Below are positions 9,791 to 19,070 of a DNA stretch of 64,000 nt, piece after piece. Origin of the DNA: Oculatellaceae cyanobacterium bins.114. GTDB taxonomy: Bacteria; Cyanobacteriota; Cyanobacteriia; Elainellales; Elainellaceae. The notes under the pieces are model-generated. The model was not told where the DNA came from. It searched no databases and saw only the letters and a list, made by a program, of their open reading frames with translations. The translations under genes were made by a program, and so were the position numbers. The DNA lies in NCBI GenBank assembly GCA_033764315.1, contig JANRJA010000011.1:13561-77560 (forward strand), in the 5' to 3' direction. The stretch's first letter is position 1. Every line of letters begins with the position of its first letter.

Positions 9791-12501
9791 AGCTCCCAAC
9801 CTCCCTCAGACGTGCTTTCGTTTTTCTGCTACTCGTCGCATTGACTGCTGGGCTGTGCGGGATTGCCACTCCAGGATTGGCGCAACGCTCCGATCGCCAG
9901 GTTGCTGTTAATTTATCTGAGGTCAACCCACCCCTAGCGACCCAACCAGCGTCTCTGCTCGACCAGGGGAAAGCTCTGTACGACGCAGAACAGTTCAGTC
10001 GAGCCGTACCCATTCTGCAACAGGCTGTACAAGAGGCACAAGCGAGAGGGAATAGACTGCAACAAGCGATCGCTCTCAGTAATTTATCCCTGACCTATCA
10101 ACAACTGGGTGCCTGGGCGGAAGCGGAACAAGCACTGCAACAAAGTTTAGGTTTGTTAGAACCACAACAAGCCACGGTTACAACACAGCAACTCTCGGTG
10201 CTGGCACAAACGCTGAATGTGCAGGCACGGTTGCAGTTGGGGCAAGGACAGGCACAAGCTGCTCTAGAAACCTGGGAACGTACTGCAATGCTGTATCAGC
10301 AGTTGGAGAATACAACTGGGGTAGTTCAGAGCCGGATTAATCAATCGCAAGCATTGCGATCACTGGGGTTTTATAATCGAGCGATCGCCACACTCACAGA
10401 CATTCAGAGACTCCTCGAATCTAGTGCCGATTCCCTGGATAAAGCAGTGGCACTTCGTAGTTTAGGAGATGCGTTGCGGGTTTCGGGCACACTGGACAAA
10501 TCCTATGAACAACTAGAACAGAGTTTACAGATTGCTCAGGCGATTGGAGAGGCTAAGGCGATCGCGGCAGCACAAATTAGTTTGGCAAACACACGGCAAG
10601 CTCAGGCATCAGAGATTAACTTAGACGTAGCAGACCGCACTGATCAGGAGCGTGTTCGCCAATGGCGCGGTGAAGCCCTTCAGCGTTATCAGTCTGTGGT
10701 GGAAACCCGTCCATCCCTGCCACTGTTGATGGTGGTACAGGCACAATTGAATCAACTTAATCTGTTAATTTCAATGGAGCGTATTGCTGAGGCAGTACGG
10801 CTGATACCTGCGATTCAAACCCAGTTAAACCAACTACCCTCCAGTCGAGCGGCGATCGATGCTCAAGTAAATTTTGCTCACAGTTTGATCGATCTGAAGC
10901 CAGGTGCTACTGTTACGCCTGCTGAATTACCTTCAGTACTGGATATTGCTAACGGGTTATCTACTGCTTATCAACAGGCAATTCAATTGAACGATCAACG
11001 AGCCATTTCCTATGTTTTGGGAACGTTGGGGTATCTTTACGAACAATCAGAGCAATTCAGCGATGCCAAACCATTAACCCAACAAGCGATGATCCTATCG
11101 CAGTCCATTCAGGCCGATGATTTGAGCTATCGCTGGCAATGGCAACTGGGGCGGATGGTGAAGTTGGAGAATCAGCAGAGTGAGGCGATCGCCCTGTATA
11201 GCGAAGCGTACAACAGTCTACAACGGGTTCGCAATGACCTGATTGCAGCCAACCCGGATCTCCAGTTTTCCTTCCGCAACGACGTAGAACCGATTTACCG
11301 GGATCTGGTTGATTTGTTGCTGCAAAAAGCCCCCCAGGTTTTCAAGCCGAAAGAGAAGCAAGCGATTCTAGGACAGGCTCGATCGATTATCGACTCGTTG
11401 CGGGTGGCAGAATTGCAAAACTTCTTTCGGGCAGCCTGTCTAGATGCCACCTCGCAAATTGATGCGATCATTAACGAGCAAACCCCAACCGCGGCAGTGA
11501 TTTATCCGATCCTGTTGCGCGATCGCCTGGAAATCATCCTGAAGCTGGCTGGAACGGATCTGATGCAGTATACACTGCCCGCTTCATCTGAAGCTGAGAT
11601 CACCCAGGTTCTCAAAACATTTCGCCGTGAGTTGCAAGAACCCTATACCTTCCGTTCGACTAAAGAAATTGGACAGCAGGTTTACAATTGGTTAGTTCAA
11701 CCAATGCGTGATGAGTTGGATCGACGGGGTATTAAAACACTGATCTTTGTACTGGATGGCGCACTGCGAAATATCCCCATGAGTGCGCTTTATGATGGTA
11801 ACCATTATTTGATCGAGAACTTTGCAGTTTCGCTGGAACTGGGTCTGACCATTCGCAATCCGCTTCCCTTAAGGCGCAATGCGATGCGAATTCTGGCGGC
11901 AGGGCTGGTGAATCCTCCCCCCACTGCCAGCACCTACGCCCAGTTACCCAATGTTACAACAGAATTAGATTTCATTAGCTCGTTAGGCTTACCCGCTACG
12001 ATCCTGCGCGATACCGAATTCACGAAACCACTGTTTAAACAGTCCCTCCAGCAGGCAAACCCCCAGGTCATCCATCTGGCAACCCACGGGCAGTTTGGTG
12101 TGAATCCCGAAGATACCTTCATTCTGTATGCGGACGGGAAAGTACCCCTCAATCAATTAGCCGATCTGTTTAAGACGGAACAACGGGGGCGATCGCGTGC
12201 GGTTGAACTGCTGGTGTTGAGTGCCTGCCGTACCGCAACGGGGGATAGTCGTACCGTTCTGGGGATTGCCGGAACCGCTGTTGAAGCAGGGGCGCGGAGT
12301 GCGATCGCCTCACTCTGGAGCTTAAACGATGCGGCTACGGTTCCCGTCATTGAGGAACTCTATCGCCATCTGGGGCAGGAGGGTGTCACCCGTGCTGAGG
12401 CTCTGCGACAGGCGCAACTGAAATTGCTGCAAGAGCCAGAGGGCCTCTATACCCATCCCCGCTACTGGTCGCCCTATGTGCTGGTGGGTAGTTGGCTTTA
12501 G
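9787..12501 (+). CDS. Exported TPR + CHAT (caspase/HetF-like) protease
   Basis: Sec-type signal (GLA|Q), TPR helices, intact catalytic motifs IHLATHG and LVLSAC, terminal HPRYWSPYVLVGSWL; 4-bp ATGA overlap with the TpsA gene. Confidence 0.93.
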   Translation: MKLPTSLRRAFVFLLLVALTAGLCGIATPGLAQRSDRQVAVNLSEVNPPLATQPASLLDQGKALYDAEQFSRAVPILQQAVQEAQARGNRLQQAIALSNLSLTYQQLGAWAEAEQALQQSLGLLEPQQATVTTQQLSVLAQTLNVQARLQLGQGQAQAALETWERTAMLYQQLENTTGVVQSRINQSQALRSLGFYNRAIATLTDIQRLLESSADSLDKAVALRSLGDALRVSGTLDKSYEQLEQSLQIAQAIGEAKAIAAAQISLANTRQAQASEINLDVADRTDQERVRQWRGEALQRYQSVVETRPSLPLLMVVQAQLNQLNLLISMERIAEAVRLIPAIQTQLNQLPSSRAAIDAQVNFAHSLIDLKPGATVTPAELPSVLDIANGLSTAYQQAIQLNDQRAISYVLGTLGYLYEQSEQFSDAKPLTQQAMILSQSIQADDLSYRWQWQLGRMVKLENQQSEAIALYSEAYNSLQRVRNDLIAANPDLQFSFRNDVEPIYRDLVDLLLQKAPQVFKPKEKQAILGQARSIIDSLRVAELQNFFRAACLDATSQIDAIINEQTPTAAVIYPILLRDRLEIILKLAGTDLMQYTLPASSEAEITQVLKTFRRELQEPYTFRSTKEIGQQVYNWLVQPMRDELDRRGIKTLIFVLDGALRNIPMSALYDGNHYLIENFAVSLELGLTIRNPLPLRRNAMRILAAGLVNPPPTASTYAQLPNVTTELDFISSLGLPATILRDTEFTKPLFKQSLQQANPQVIHLATHGQFGVNPEDTFILYADGKVPLNQLADLFKTEQRGRSRAVELLVLSACRTATGDSRTVLGIAGTAVEAGARSAIASLWSLNDAATVPVIEELYRHLGQEGVTRAEALRQAQLKLLQEPEGLYTHPRYWSPYVLVGSWL

Positions 12502-12569
12502 AACAGGTCAGTATTGGCAACTAAAGTTGTCCCGCTTATATCACTCTCTTAGATAAGAACAGAACCAAA

Positions 12570-12683
12570 CATGGTCAGGTTATTCTCGTTGCTGAATCAA
12601 CGACGGAAGCGATCGCACCAGCAGCGTTACAGAATCCAGGGCGGTGTTCAGTTGCCGTAGCCCCCAACCCTCTGTCTCATTAA
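12570..12683 (+). pseudogene. Possible C-terminal remnant of a second TpsA-like gene
   Basis: Reads HGQVILVAESTTEAIAPAALQNPGRCSVAVAPNPLSH*, resembling the upstream TpsA tail KGDVILTAPP...C. Confidence 0.45.
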
Positions 12684-12728
12684 CCAGCCTCAACGTTAAC
12701 CACTCTCAATGCAATTCTGGCAATGAAC

Positions 12729-13487
12729 TCACCGGGAACTCACTGGCGTTAATTCGGGAATCGCTTGTTGCGAAATGCCTTCTAACTCATACGCTCCCAG
12801 GATGCGTGACCATAGGGGTTGCAGACTGCGATCGCTAGAATAATCAGCCAGACTTGCTAAAGCGTCATACCAGGCATTTTCGGCTTCGTAGGCGCGGTAG
12901 TGTGACGGCCCTGGCAACACCCGCAACTTTAACGCCAGGTTATCACTCGGTGCAGTCCGTTGAATCCAACCGCTAATGACTGGATTGCGCGAGGGTTCTT
13001 CTGCGTCACAGATGATTGAGAAATACCAGTTATATCGCTGATTTGTGGCTAAAGGGGGTGCTGTTTCAGGGAGCCTAAACTGCACTAGACCAATCGTCTC
13101 TGGCAACGTGACTCGAATGGGACGGTCGATCGCGTAGTTTTGTTGATCATCCAGCAGCATGAACTCGGCATAGGCCATCTGAGGCGATCGCGCAAAAGGT
13201 ACGTAAAACAAGAAGGTTGGATAATCTTGCGTGGTTGAACCCACCCCATCAGGCGGCACGAATGCAAACAAAGGCTGGTTACTTACTGGGGCACTACATC
13301 CATCATCGCGAATCGATGCTCCCTCACCAGTCCCTCGTCTTGGGGCTTCACGATTTCGACGACCAAATAAAAGGTCGAAAAGCCCTGCCTGCGCGGGGGG
13401 AGTGAGCGTTAGCACTAGCATTGAACTAATGCTAAAAACCACTATCCATCCTAAACAGCGTTGTATTAATCGAGTTTGCCAGATCAC
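12729..13487 (-). CDS. DUF928-family exported protein
   Basis: Signal peptide (AQA|G), G-A-S-x-R..C motif, TTQDYPTFLFYVP, YNWYFSIIC, WYDAL. Confidence 0.85.
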   Translation of the reverse strand: MIWQTRLIQRCLGWIVVFSISSMLVLTLTPPAQAGLFDLLFGRRNREAPRRGTGEGASIRDDGCSAPVSNQPLFAFVPPDGVGSTTQDYPTFLFYVPFARSPQMAYAEFMLLDDQQNYAIDRPIRVTLPETIGLVQFRLPETAPPLATNQRYNWYFSIICDAEEPSRNPVISGWIQRTAPSDNLALKLRVLPGPSHYRAYEAENAWYDALASLADYSSDRSLQPLWSRILGAYELEGISQQAIPELTPVSSR

Positions 13488-13631
13488 AAAACGACTCTAG
13501 AGAATATATACACAACAGCCTTATAAAATGGGTCGGGAGGAGTCTTAAAGATTGAATTGGAATAACCATACCATGCGTTACTAGAAATTGCTGTATACGC
13601 CTCACAACGTTTAGCATTCACACCTAATGCG

Positions 13632-16600
13632 TTACCAGGGATTGCGAATGCGATAGCTGAGATAGGCAACGCCCGCTCCAGATATCACAAAGGCGATCGC
13701 CCCTGGAACTAACGGCATCCATCCACTAGAAACAATAAAAATGCCATAGCAACTGCCCACCAATAGCACAAACGCTCCCGTTGTTGCTAAGCACAAATGA
13801 ATGGGTCTAACCAACCCCCAAAATACCAATCCACCCGTGATTGACCAGCCCAAGATCCACAACAGTTCGCCCTCCATCGACATCCACCAGATCAACGGTC
13901 GTTGATCCAAAACAGTGCTAATTAATTGACTGATCATTTGTCCCTGGAGAAACACACCTGCAATTCGCCCATGAGGAGAGAACCAAACATCGGCATTGCG
14001 ATCGCTGGTGTCAGTGTAACCAATCAAAACAATGCGATCGCGGATACATTCAGCCGCAACTTTGTTTTGCAACACGTCAGCCAATGTCACCGTATCGGCA
14101 AAGGTTTCAACTGGATTGTCAGAAAGTTTGGCAGAGGGTTGAGCAACACAAGAAGACAATTGAGTGCGATCGCCTACGCGATAATTCAACATGAGTTGAT
14201 ACCCACCCAGCAATGGATCAAGAGGAGAATACCCACTGCCATCTCCTCTAAGCAGGGGAATGGGTGTTTCCCCAAAGCGCATAACCCCATCAGATGACGG
14301 CTCGTCCGGATGAATAAAGGGTTTGTTGAGTGCATCTAGATACCGCCGCACCAAAACTAAGCTAAACGATTGGTCTGTATTGCAAAACTCTGGATCAGCA
14401 GAGCTAATCAGCAATTGCCGACGCACAAGGCGATTGGTTCCATCTGCAAGGGCGTTTGCAAATCCAATGGATTCAAGGTCAGTAATAGTGCGATTGGGGA
14501 TACCGTCTGTAGGATTGCCTTGATTATCCCATGCTCTAGATAAGCAATTGCCGATGATGTTGGGGGAATTGGCCAGGCGATCGCGCAAAATGGGTTCTGC
14601 AGGAAAATCACGATAAAAATCTAGCCCAATGAGCCGGGGTTGGTGAGATTCTAAAATCTTGAGCACATCATTAAGGGCAGCATCAGGAATGGTACCAATA
14701 CCGGGTTGATAGACTCTATTAATCATCTGTTCGCGTAACAGAGAGCCGCTAGAACTATCAACTTTGACAATGAGTAGATGTGGGTCGAGCGGTTCAACCG
14801 GGCGCAGTTGCACGAAGCTGTCATATGCCCTCAGCTCTAGTGGTTGCAGGAAACCTAGCACACGAGCGATCGCCACTAAAATCATGGCTGCCACACTAGT
14901 GAACAATGCAGACCGCAACTTGATTTTACGAAATGGTAACGCTTGACTGGCTTGGATATAATCTTGTTGCAAAGGGGTGAGTTTAGGCTCTTTTGTTTCA
15001 GCGATCGCCAGCCACTCCATAGCTGTTTTTAGTGGTTTCCCACGCAACAACAAATCATCATCTCGATTAGACTGTACCCATTCCTTCGCTTTGACAAGCA
15101 ATCGTGTATGCAACTGCACATATTCCGGATCACTTGCGAGTAAGCGAATGAGTTCACCAAAACTTTTCAGCAAATCATCTTGATGATCTCTAAAATCAAT
15201 CCATTGAATCGTGCTCAGCACAGGCGGTAACTCATGAGGAGGAACATCCTGATATAAAACTGTCACCAGTCGTTTGTTAAGCGACACAGCGTAGTTCAGT
15301 TGATCTAAGCAATCGGTTGACTGAATAGAATTTGGAGAGATCACAAACAAAAAATTATCCGAGTTCTCAATTCCCTGTTGAATCGCAAGTTGAGAATCCT
15401 GCCCACTCTCCAGGCTCTCTTGAGCAAACCAGGTTCCCATGCCCTGAAGTTGCAAGTTGTCATTAAATTTGCGAACAAATTCAATATCTAGGGGTGAATA
15501 GCCAATGAAGACATTAAAGGTTTGGTCGTGGGGTTGTTGTTGGCTTGCTTCAATAAATTCTTGGTGGATTGGCAGCGGAGCAAATTGAGGGTGATGAACG
15601 GCTTCCTTTAACCAGGCTTCTGCTTGCCGTAAGTAACTTCCTTGTAACAAAATGCTAGGGTTGTCGTACTGATATTCCCATTTCAAGGCTCGAACGAGCA
15701 GAAGTTTATGTTGTCTATGGTAGTTCTCATTTTGCCGTAACGTATTCAGCAGTTGAGCTTCACAAGTGTGGTAATTGTCTTCACTGATCACAGTGGTGAG
15801 GTCAATATATTGCAAGTCATGCAAGGCAAAAGGAACATGATTCATGTCAACTAAACGCAACAACAACGGCACAATCCGTTTGTTGAGTTGATGTGCATAC
15901 TCAATTTCCATCTGGCAATATTCTGATTGCAATGAATCGGATGACATTAAGTAAACTAAGTTGTCAGATTGCTCAATTCCCCGTCGCAATGCTCTGGTAA
16001 AGTCTTCCCCAATTTGAATATCAGTACTGGTAGACCATACTGTGATCCCCTGATATCGAAGTGAATGACGTACCTTCTCCATAATTTCCCGATCTTCATT
16101 CGCATAAGAGAGAAAAACTTGAGTCATCAAATTTTGCTCGTTTTTGATGCTCTCAGTAATGAATTCGGCGTGTAGTTCGGTGGGGTTGCATGGGGCTTGT
16201 TCTCCCTTAAATCGAGTCTTAAGCCATGCTTCTGCTAACTCCAACTCTTTCCCTGTAAGTAAATCATGAGTTTTACGGTGATGACGGCTCCAACTTAAGG
16301 CTTTTGATAACAATACGGTGTGGTGATACACATAGGATTGGTGACGCTCTAAAGCTGACTTCAAATTTGTCAAGGCAGCGTCAAAACCATCCACTTCATT
16401 CTGAAAATTGACCCAGTTGATACTTTGAATGGCTGGATGCATATTGGGATAACTGGAGTGCAAACCCCTAGCTCTGTAATCCTCCCATTGCTCATCTGTA
16501 CCATTGGGATTACGCTGTCGCCAGATTTCTTGATTGATTTGCTCAACGTGTAGCAGTGGAATGATACGTTTGTTGTATTTGAGTGCAAGCTCAATCTCTA

Positions 16601-16859
16601 ATTGACAGTAGACAGAGTTAACAGAGTGCGGTGAAATAACAAATAGAAAGTTTTTAGAGCGTTCAATCCCGTCCTTGATCTGTTCCTGAAAATCGACTGC
16701 AACTGGAATATCGTTAAGATCTAACCAAATGTTGTACCCTGCTATGGCTAGTTGACTATACAGCTTTAAGGCAAACGCTTTGCTGTCTAACCTGCCATAG
16801 GAAATAAAAACATCAAAAAGCGCGTGTGAGTTTGCCGAGATTAATATGTCGTCTTCCAT
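13632..16859 (-). CDS. Triple-TIR, transmembrane, CHASE2 receptor (1075 aa)
   Basis: Three TIR domains (DVFISY, QVFLSY, NVFIGY), one TM helix, CHASE2 (LELRAYD, PRLIGLDFYRD, IVLIG, GVFLQGQMISQLIS) and three terminal TM helices. Confidence 0.9.
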   Translation of the reverse strand: MEDDILISANSHALFDVFISYGRLDSKAFALKLYSQLAIAGYNIWLDLNDIPVAVDFQEQIKDGIERSKNFLFVISPHSVNSVYCQLEIELALKYNKRIIPLLHVEQINQEIWRQRNPNGTDEQWEDYRARGLHSSYPNMHPAIQSINWVNFQNEVDGFDAALTNLKSALERHQSYVYHHTVLLSKALSWSRHHRKTHDLLTGKELELAEAWLKTRFKGEQAPCNPTELHAEFITESIKNEQNLMTQVFLSYANEDREIMEKVRHSLRYQGITVWSTSTDIQIGEDFTRALRRGIEQSDNLVYLMSSDSLQSEYCQMEIEYAHQLNKRIVPLLLRLVDMNHVPFALHDLQYIDLTTVISEDNYHTCEAQLLNTLRQNENYHRQHKLLLVRALKWEYQYDNPSILLQGSYLRQAEAWLKEAVHHPQFAPLPIHQEFIEASQQQPHDQTFNVFIGYSPLDIEFVRKFNDNLQLQGMGTWFAQESLESGQDSQLAIQQGIENSDNFLFVISPNSIQSTDCLDQLNYAVSLNKRLVTVLYQDVPPHELPPVLSTIQWIDFRDHQDDLLKSFGELIRLLASDPEYVQLHTRLLVKAKEWVQSNRDDDLLLRGKPLKTAMEWLAIAETKEPKLTPLQQDYIQASQALPFRKIKLRSALFTSVAAMILVAIARVLGFLQPLELRAYDSFVQLRPVEPLDPHLLIVKVDSSSGSLLREQMINRVYQPGIGTIPDAALNDVLKILESHQPRLIGLDFYRDFPAEPILRDRLANSPNIIGNCLSRAWDNQGNPTDGIPNRTITDLESIGFANALADGTNRLVRRQLLISSADPEFCNTDQSFSLVLVRRYLDALNKPFIHPDEPSSDGVMRFGETPIPLLRGDGSGYSPLDPLLGGYQLMLNYRVGDRTQLSSCVAQPSAKLSDNPVETFADTVTLADVLQNKVAAECIRDRIVLIGYTDTSDRNADVWFSPHGRIAGVFLQGQMISQLISTVLDQRPLIWWMSMEGELLWILGWSITGGLVFWGLVRPIHLCLATTGAFVLLVGSCYGIFIVSSGWMPLVPGAIAFVISGAGVAYLSYRIRNPW

Positions 16860-17001
16860 AGTCGTGAGGGAGCTAGAGTTTTAAGAATATCACTATCTAT
16901 TTATGACGAGAGGAAAATTACTGGTGATATTCAGGAAACTCTGTTTATAGATGTAGCGATCACCCTTTGACCTCCATTAATGGAACTTTGACCTCCATCT
17001 G

Positions 17002-17265
17002 TCATTCCCATACAGATGGCAATCTAGAGGATAAGAATGCTAGTTGTCTGAATGTGCGTGCACTAGGACAGCCGCTGATGAGACTTTCTATCAGTGCATC
17101 TTCTATGGCTCCCAAGGCTTTGAGCGTTGCTTTTTGAGTTTCAGTAATACCCTTTACTCTAGTGATATTCATCCCTTCATAGGGGCGATCGCTCCTCAAT
17201 GTCTTTATGCACTCTCCCCGATTTAGATCCCAAAGCCAGATAGTTTCATCATCGCTACTCTTCAA
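17002..17265 (-). pseudogene. C-terminal fragment of an NB-ARC/NACHT-WD40 protein
   Basis: SSDDETIWLWD..GECIKTLRSDRPYEGMNIT..GITETQKATLKALGA matches the typical tail of cyanobacterial STAND-WD40 proteins; the rest of the gene is absent. Confidence 0.75.
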
Positions 17266-17319
17266 TTAGAACTATTTGAAATCAATCGAGCTGTACTTGG
17301 GGTATAAAAAACGGCTATT

Positions 17320-17880
17320 TTGACTATTTCGGATGATGACACGCCCAGTTCTCCGAGCACTTACAACATTCCTGGATCTCCAAATACACCTGAAACTCCT
17401 AGCAATCCCGTTACTCGAATGGGTAATGCTCGTAGCGATCGCCTGCTTGGTACATCAGTCAATGAGGTTTTGGTTGGGTTGCGTGGCAACGATACAGTCC
17501 AGGGGGACGTTGGTGCAGATACACTGATTGGGGTTGACCCCAATACTCGGAAACCCGGTGTGTGTGAACGCGATGTATTGATGGGCAACGAAGGAGCCAA
17601 TGTGTTTGTTTTGGGGAACGCTCAATCCGTTTTCTACAACGATGGCAACCGTGCAACAGTAGGATTGCAAGACTACGCCTTAATTAAGGACTTCAATGCC
17701 AGCAGCGATCGCATTCAATTACACGGACGCCGATCCAACTACCATCTTGGTGCTGCTCCACAGGGAACACCAAAAGGAATTGGCATCTTTTTGGAGAACG
17801 GCAGAACGGATGAGTTAATTGCGATCGCACAAGGACAGCGAAATCTGCGACTCACCAATTCTACATTTCAGTTTGTTTGA
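17320..17880 (+). pseudogene. N-terminally truncated RTX-type calcium-binding protein
   Basis: Starts mid-domain (LTISDDD, like the end of a Calx-beta domain; TTG only); GxxGND repeats; DYALIKDF..DRIQL tail. Confidence 0.6.
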
Positions 17881-17949
17881 TCAGACGATTCACAGTTGCT
17901 CAGGGTCAACCCCCATGTCTCGCAGCTTATTGGCTAAGGCTTGCGATCG
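17821..17949 (+). repeat. Copy 2 of the 129-bp HIP1-bounded repeat
   Basis: Spans the convergent stop codons of the RTX and Uma2 genes; full GCGATCGC at both ends. Confidence 0.9.
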
Positions 17950-18606
17950 CTGTCGTTCCTGCTCTAGCTGCTGTTCTGCCTGCTCAGCTCGTTGATGCTC
18001 CTGCTCAGCTCGTTGACGCTCTTGTTCAGCCTGTTGCGCGATCTCAACATAACTCAAAAATCGCTTTCCATCAGGTCGGTAGAGTTGCAGTTCACTCCCT
18101 GTTAAATCAAAGCGAATTTGCAATCGGGGGCTGACCCACTGATCGATCGGATCGATCACATCCAAGCCTTCACTCCCCCGCAACCAACCACTCAAATCTC
18201 GATGCTTAGGGTCATACAGGTAATATTCCTCAACGCCATGACGGTTGTAAAAAACCTGTTTCTTATTCATCTCGGTTAAACGATTGCTGGGTGAGAGAAT
18301 CTCAAACACCACTTGAGGAGCAATCCCATCCTCTACCCATTGTTTGTAAGATCCTCGATAGCCCTTCGATCTACCAAACACCACCAGCACGTCAGGAGCC
18401 ATGCAAATCGTGTTACTTCCCTCAACGGGATACCACAACAAATCTCCTGCCACAAAAACGGCTGGGTTGTCAGCAAACAGCCACTCCAAATTCTGCTGAA
18501 TCACCACGATCCAGCGAAACTGCTCCGTATTATCCGCCATTGGCTGACCGTCGCTATCAGGATAAATAACCTCTGATTGAGCAGAGGGCTGTAGCTGAGA
18601 AACCAT
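17890..18606 (-). CDS. Uma2-family (PD-(D/E)xK) endonuclease-like protein with a coiled-coil tail
   Basis: YPDSDGQPMADNTEQF, APDVLV, PQVVFEILSP, GVEEYYLYDP; AEQERQR heptads; start taken at ATG 18606. Confidence 0.9.
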   Translation of the reverse strand: MVSQLQPSAQSEVIYPDSDGQPMADNTEQFRWIVVIQQNLEWLFADNPAVFVAGDLLWYPVEGSNTICMAPDVLVVFGRSKGYRGSYKQWVEDGIAPQVVFEILSPSNRLTEMNKKQVFYNRHGVEEYYLYDPKHRDLSGWLRGSEGLDVIDPIDQWVSPRLQIRFDLTGSELQLYRPDGKRFLSYVEIAQQAEQERQRAEQEHQRAEQAEQQLEQERQRSQALANKLRDMGVDPEQL

Positions 18607-18771
18607 ACTCTCAACCTCACTAGAAATAGTGTTGCCGGGTAATCCTTGAAAGTGGAGTATGTCACACAAAGTACGACACATCTTCACTGCAAGAATTACC
18701 CATTATGTTTAACCTAGCACAGGGTTTAACTTAGCACAGAGACATGAACGAAGCCTGTTGTGCGATCGCCC

Positions 18772-19065
18772 TTACCGTTTACGTTTCAATATTGACCCTG
18801 CCCCAAAAGCTCCGACTCCTAGCAGGGCTAAAACCGTTCCCGGTTCAGAGGCTGGCGCAATATCAATCTCTAGATTTTGGCAAGAGTAGCGGGTGACTCC
18901 CCGGCTATCTGTGCCAAAAAATCCTTCAGATCCAGTAGGCTTTAAGAAATTGACTTGATTGACTTGGTAGGTGGGATTTGTTTGGTAACTTTGTCCATAC
19001 GCTTGATTAGAGCGGCTATTAAACAGGGCGATCGCGGTGTCCGTAAAGCCTCTTGGAATTGGAAT
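18772..19065 (-). pseudogene. PEP-CTERM sorting-domain remnant
   Basis: Start-less frame ending ...PASEPGTVLALLGVGAFGAGSILKRKR* (EP motif, TM helix, basic tail). Confidence 0.7.
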
Positions 19066-19070
19066 TTAAG

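Noticed and set aside
17950-18030. 21-bp tandem repeats
   Set aside because: They encode the ordinary AEQERQR coiled-coil tail of the Uma2 protein; not CRISPR
18707-18740. Two-copy tandem GTTTAAC(C/T)TAGCACAG; similar two-copy repeats near 16965 and 57760
   Set aside because: Only two units and no spacers; consistent with slippage duplication
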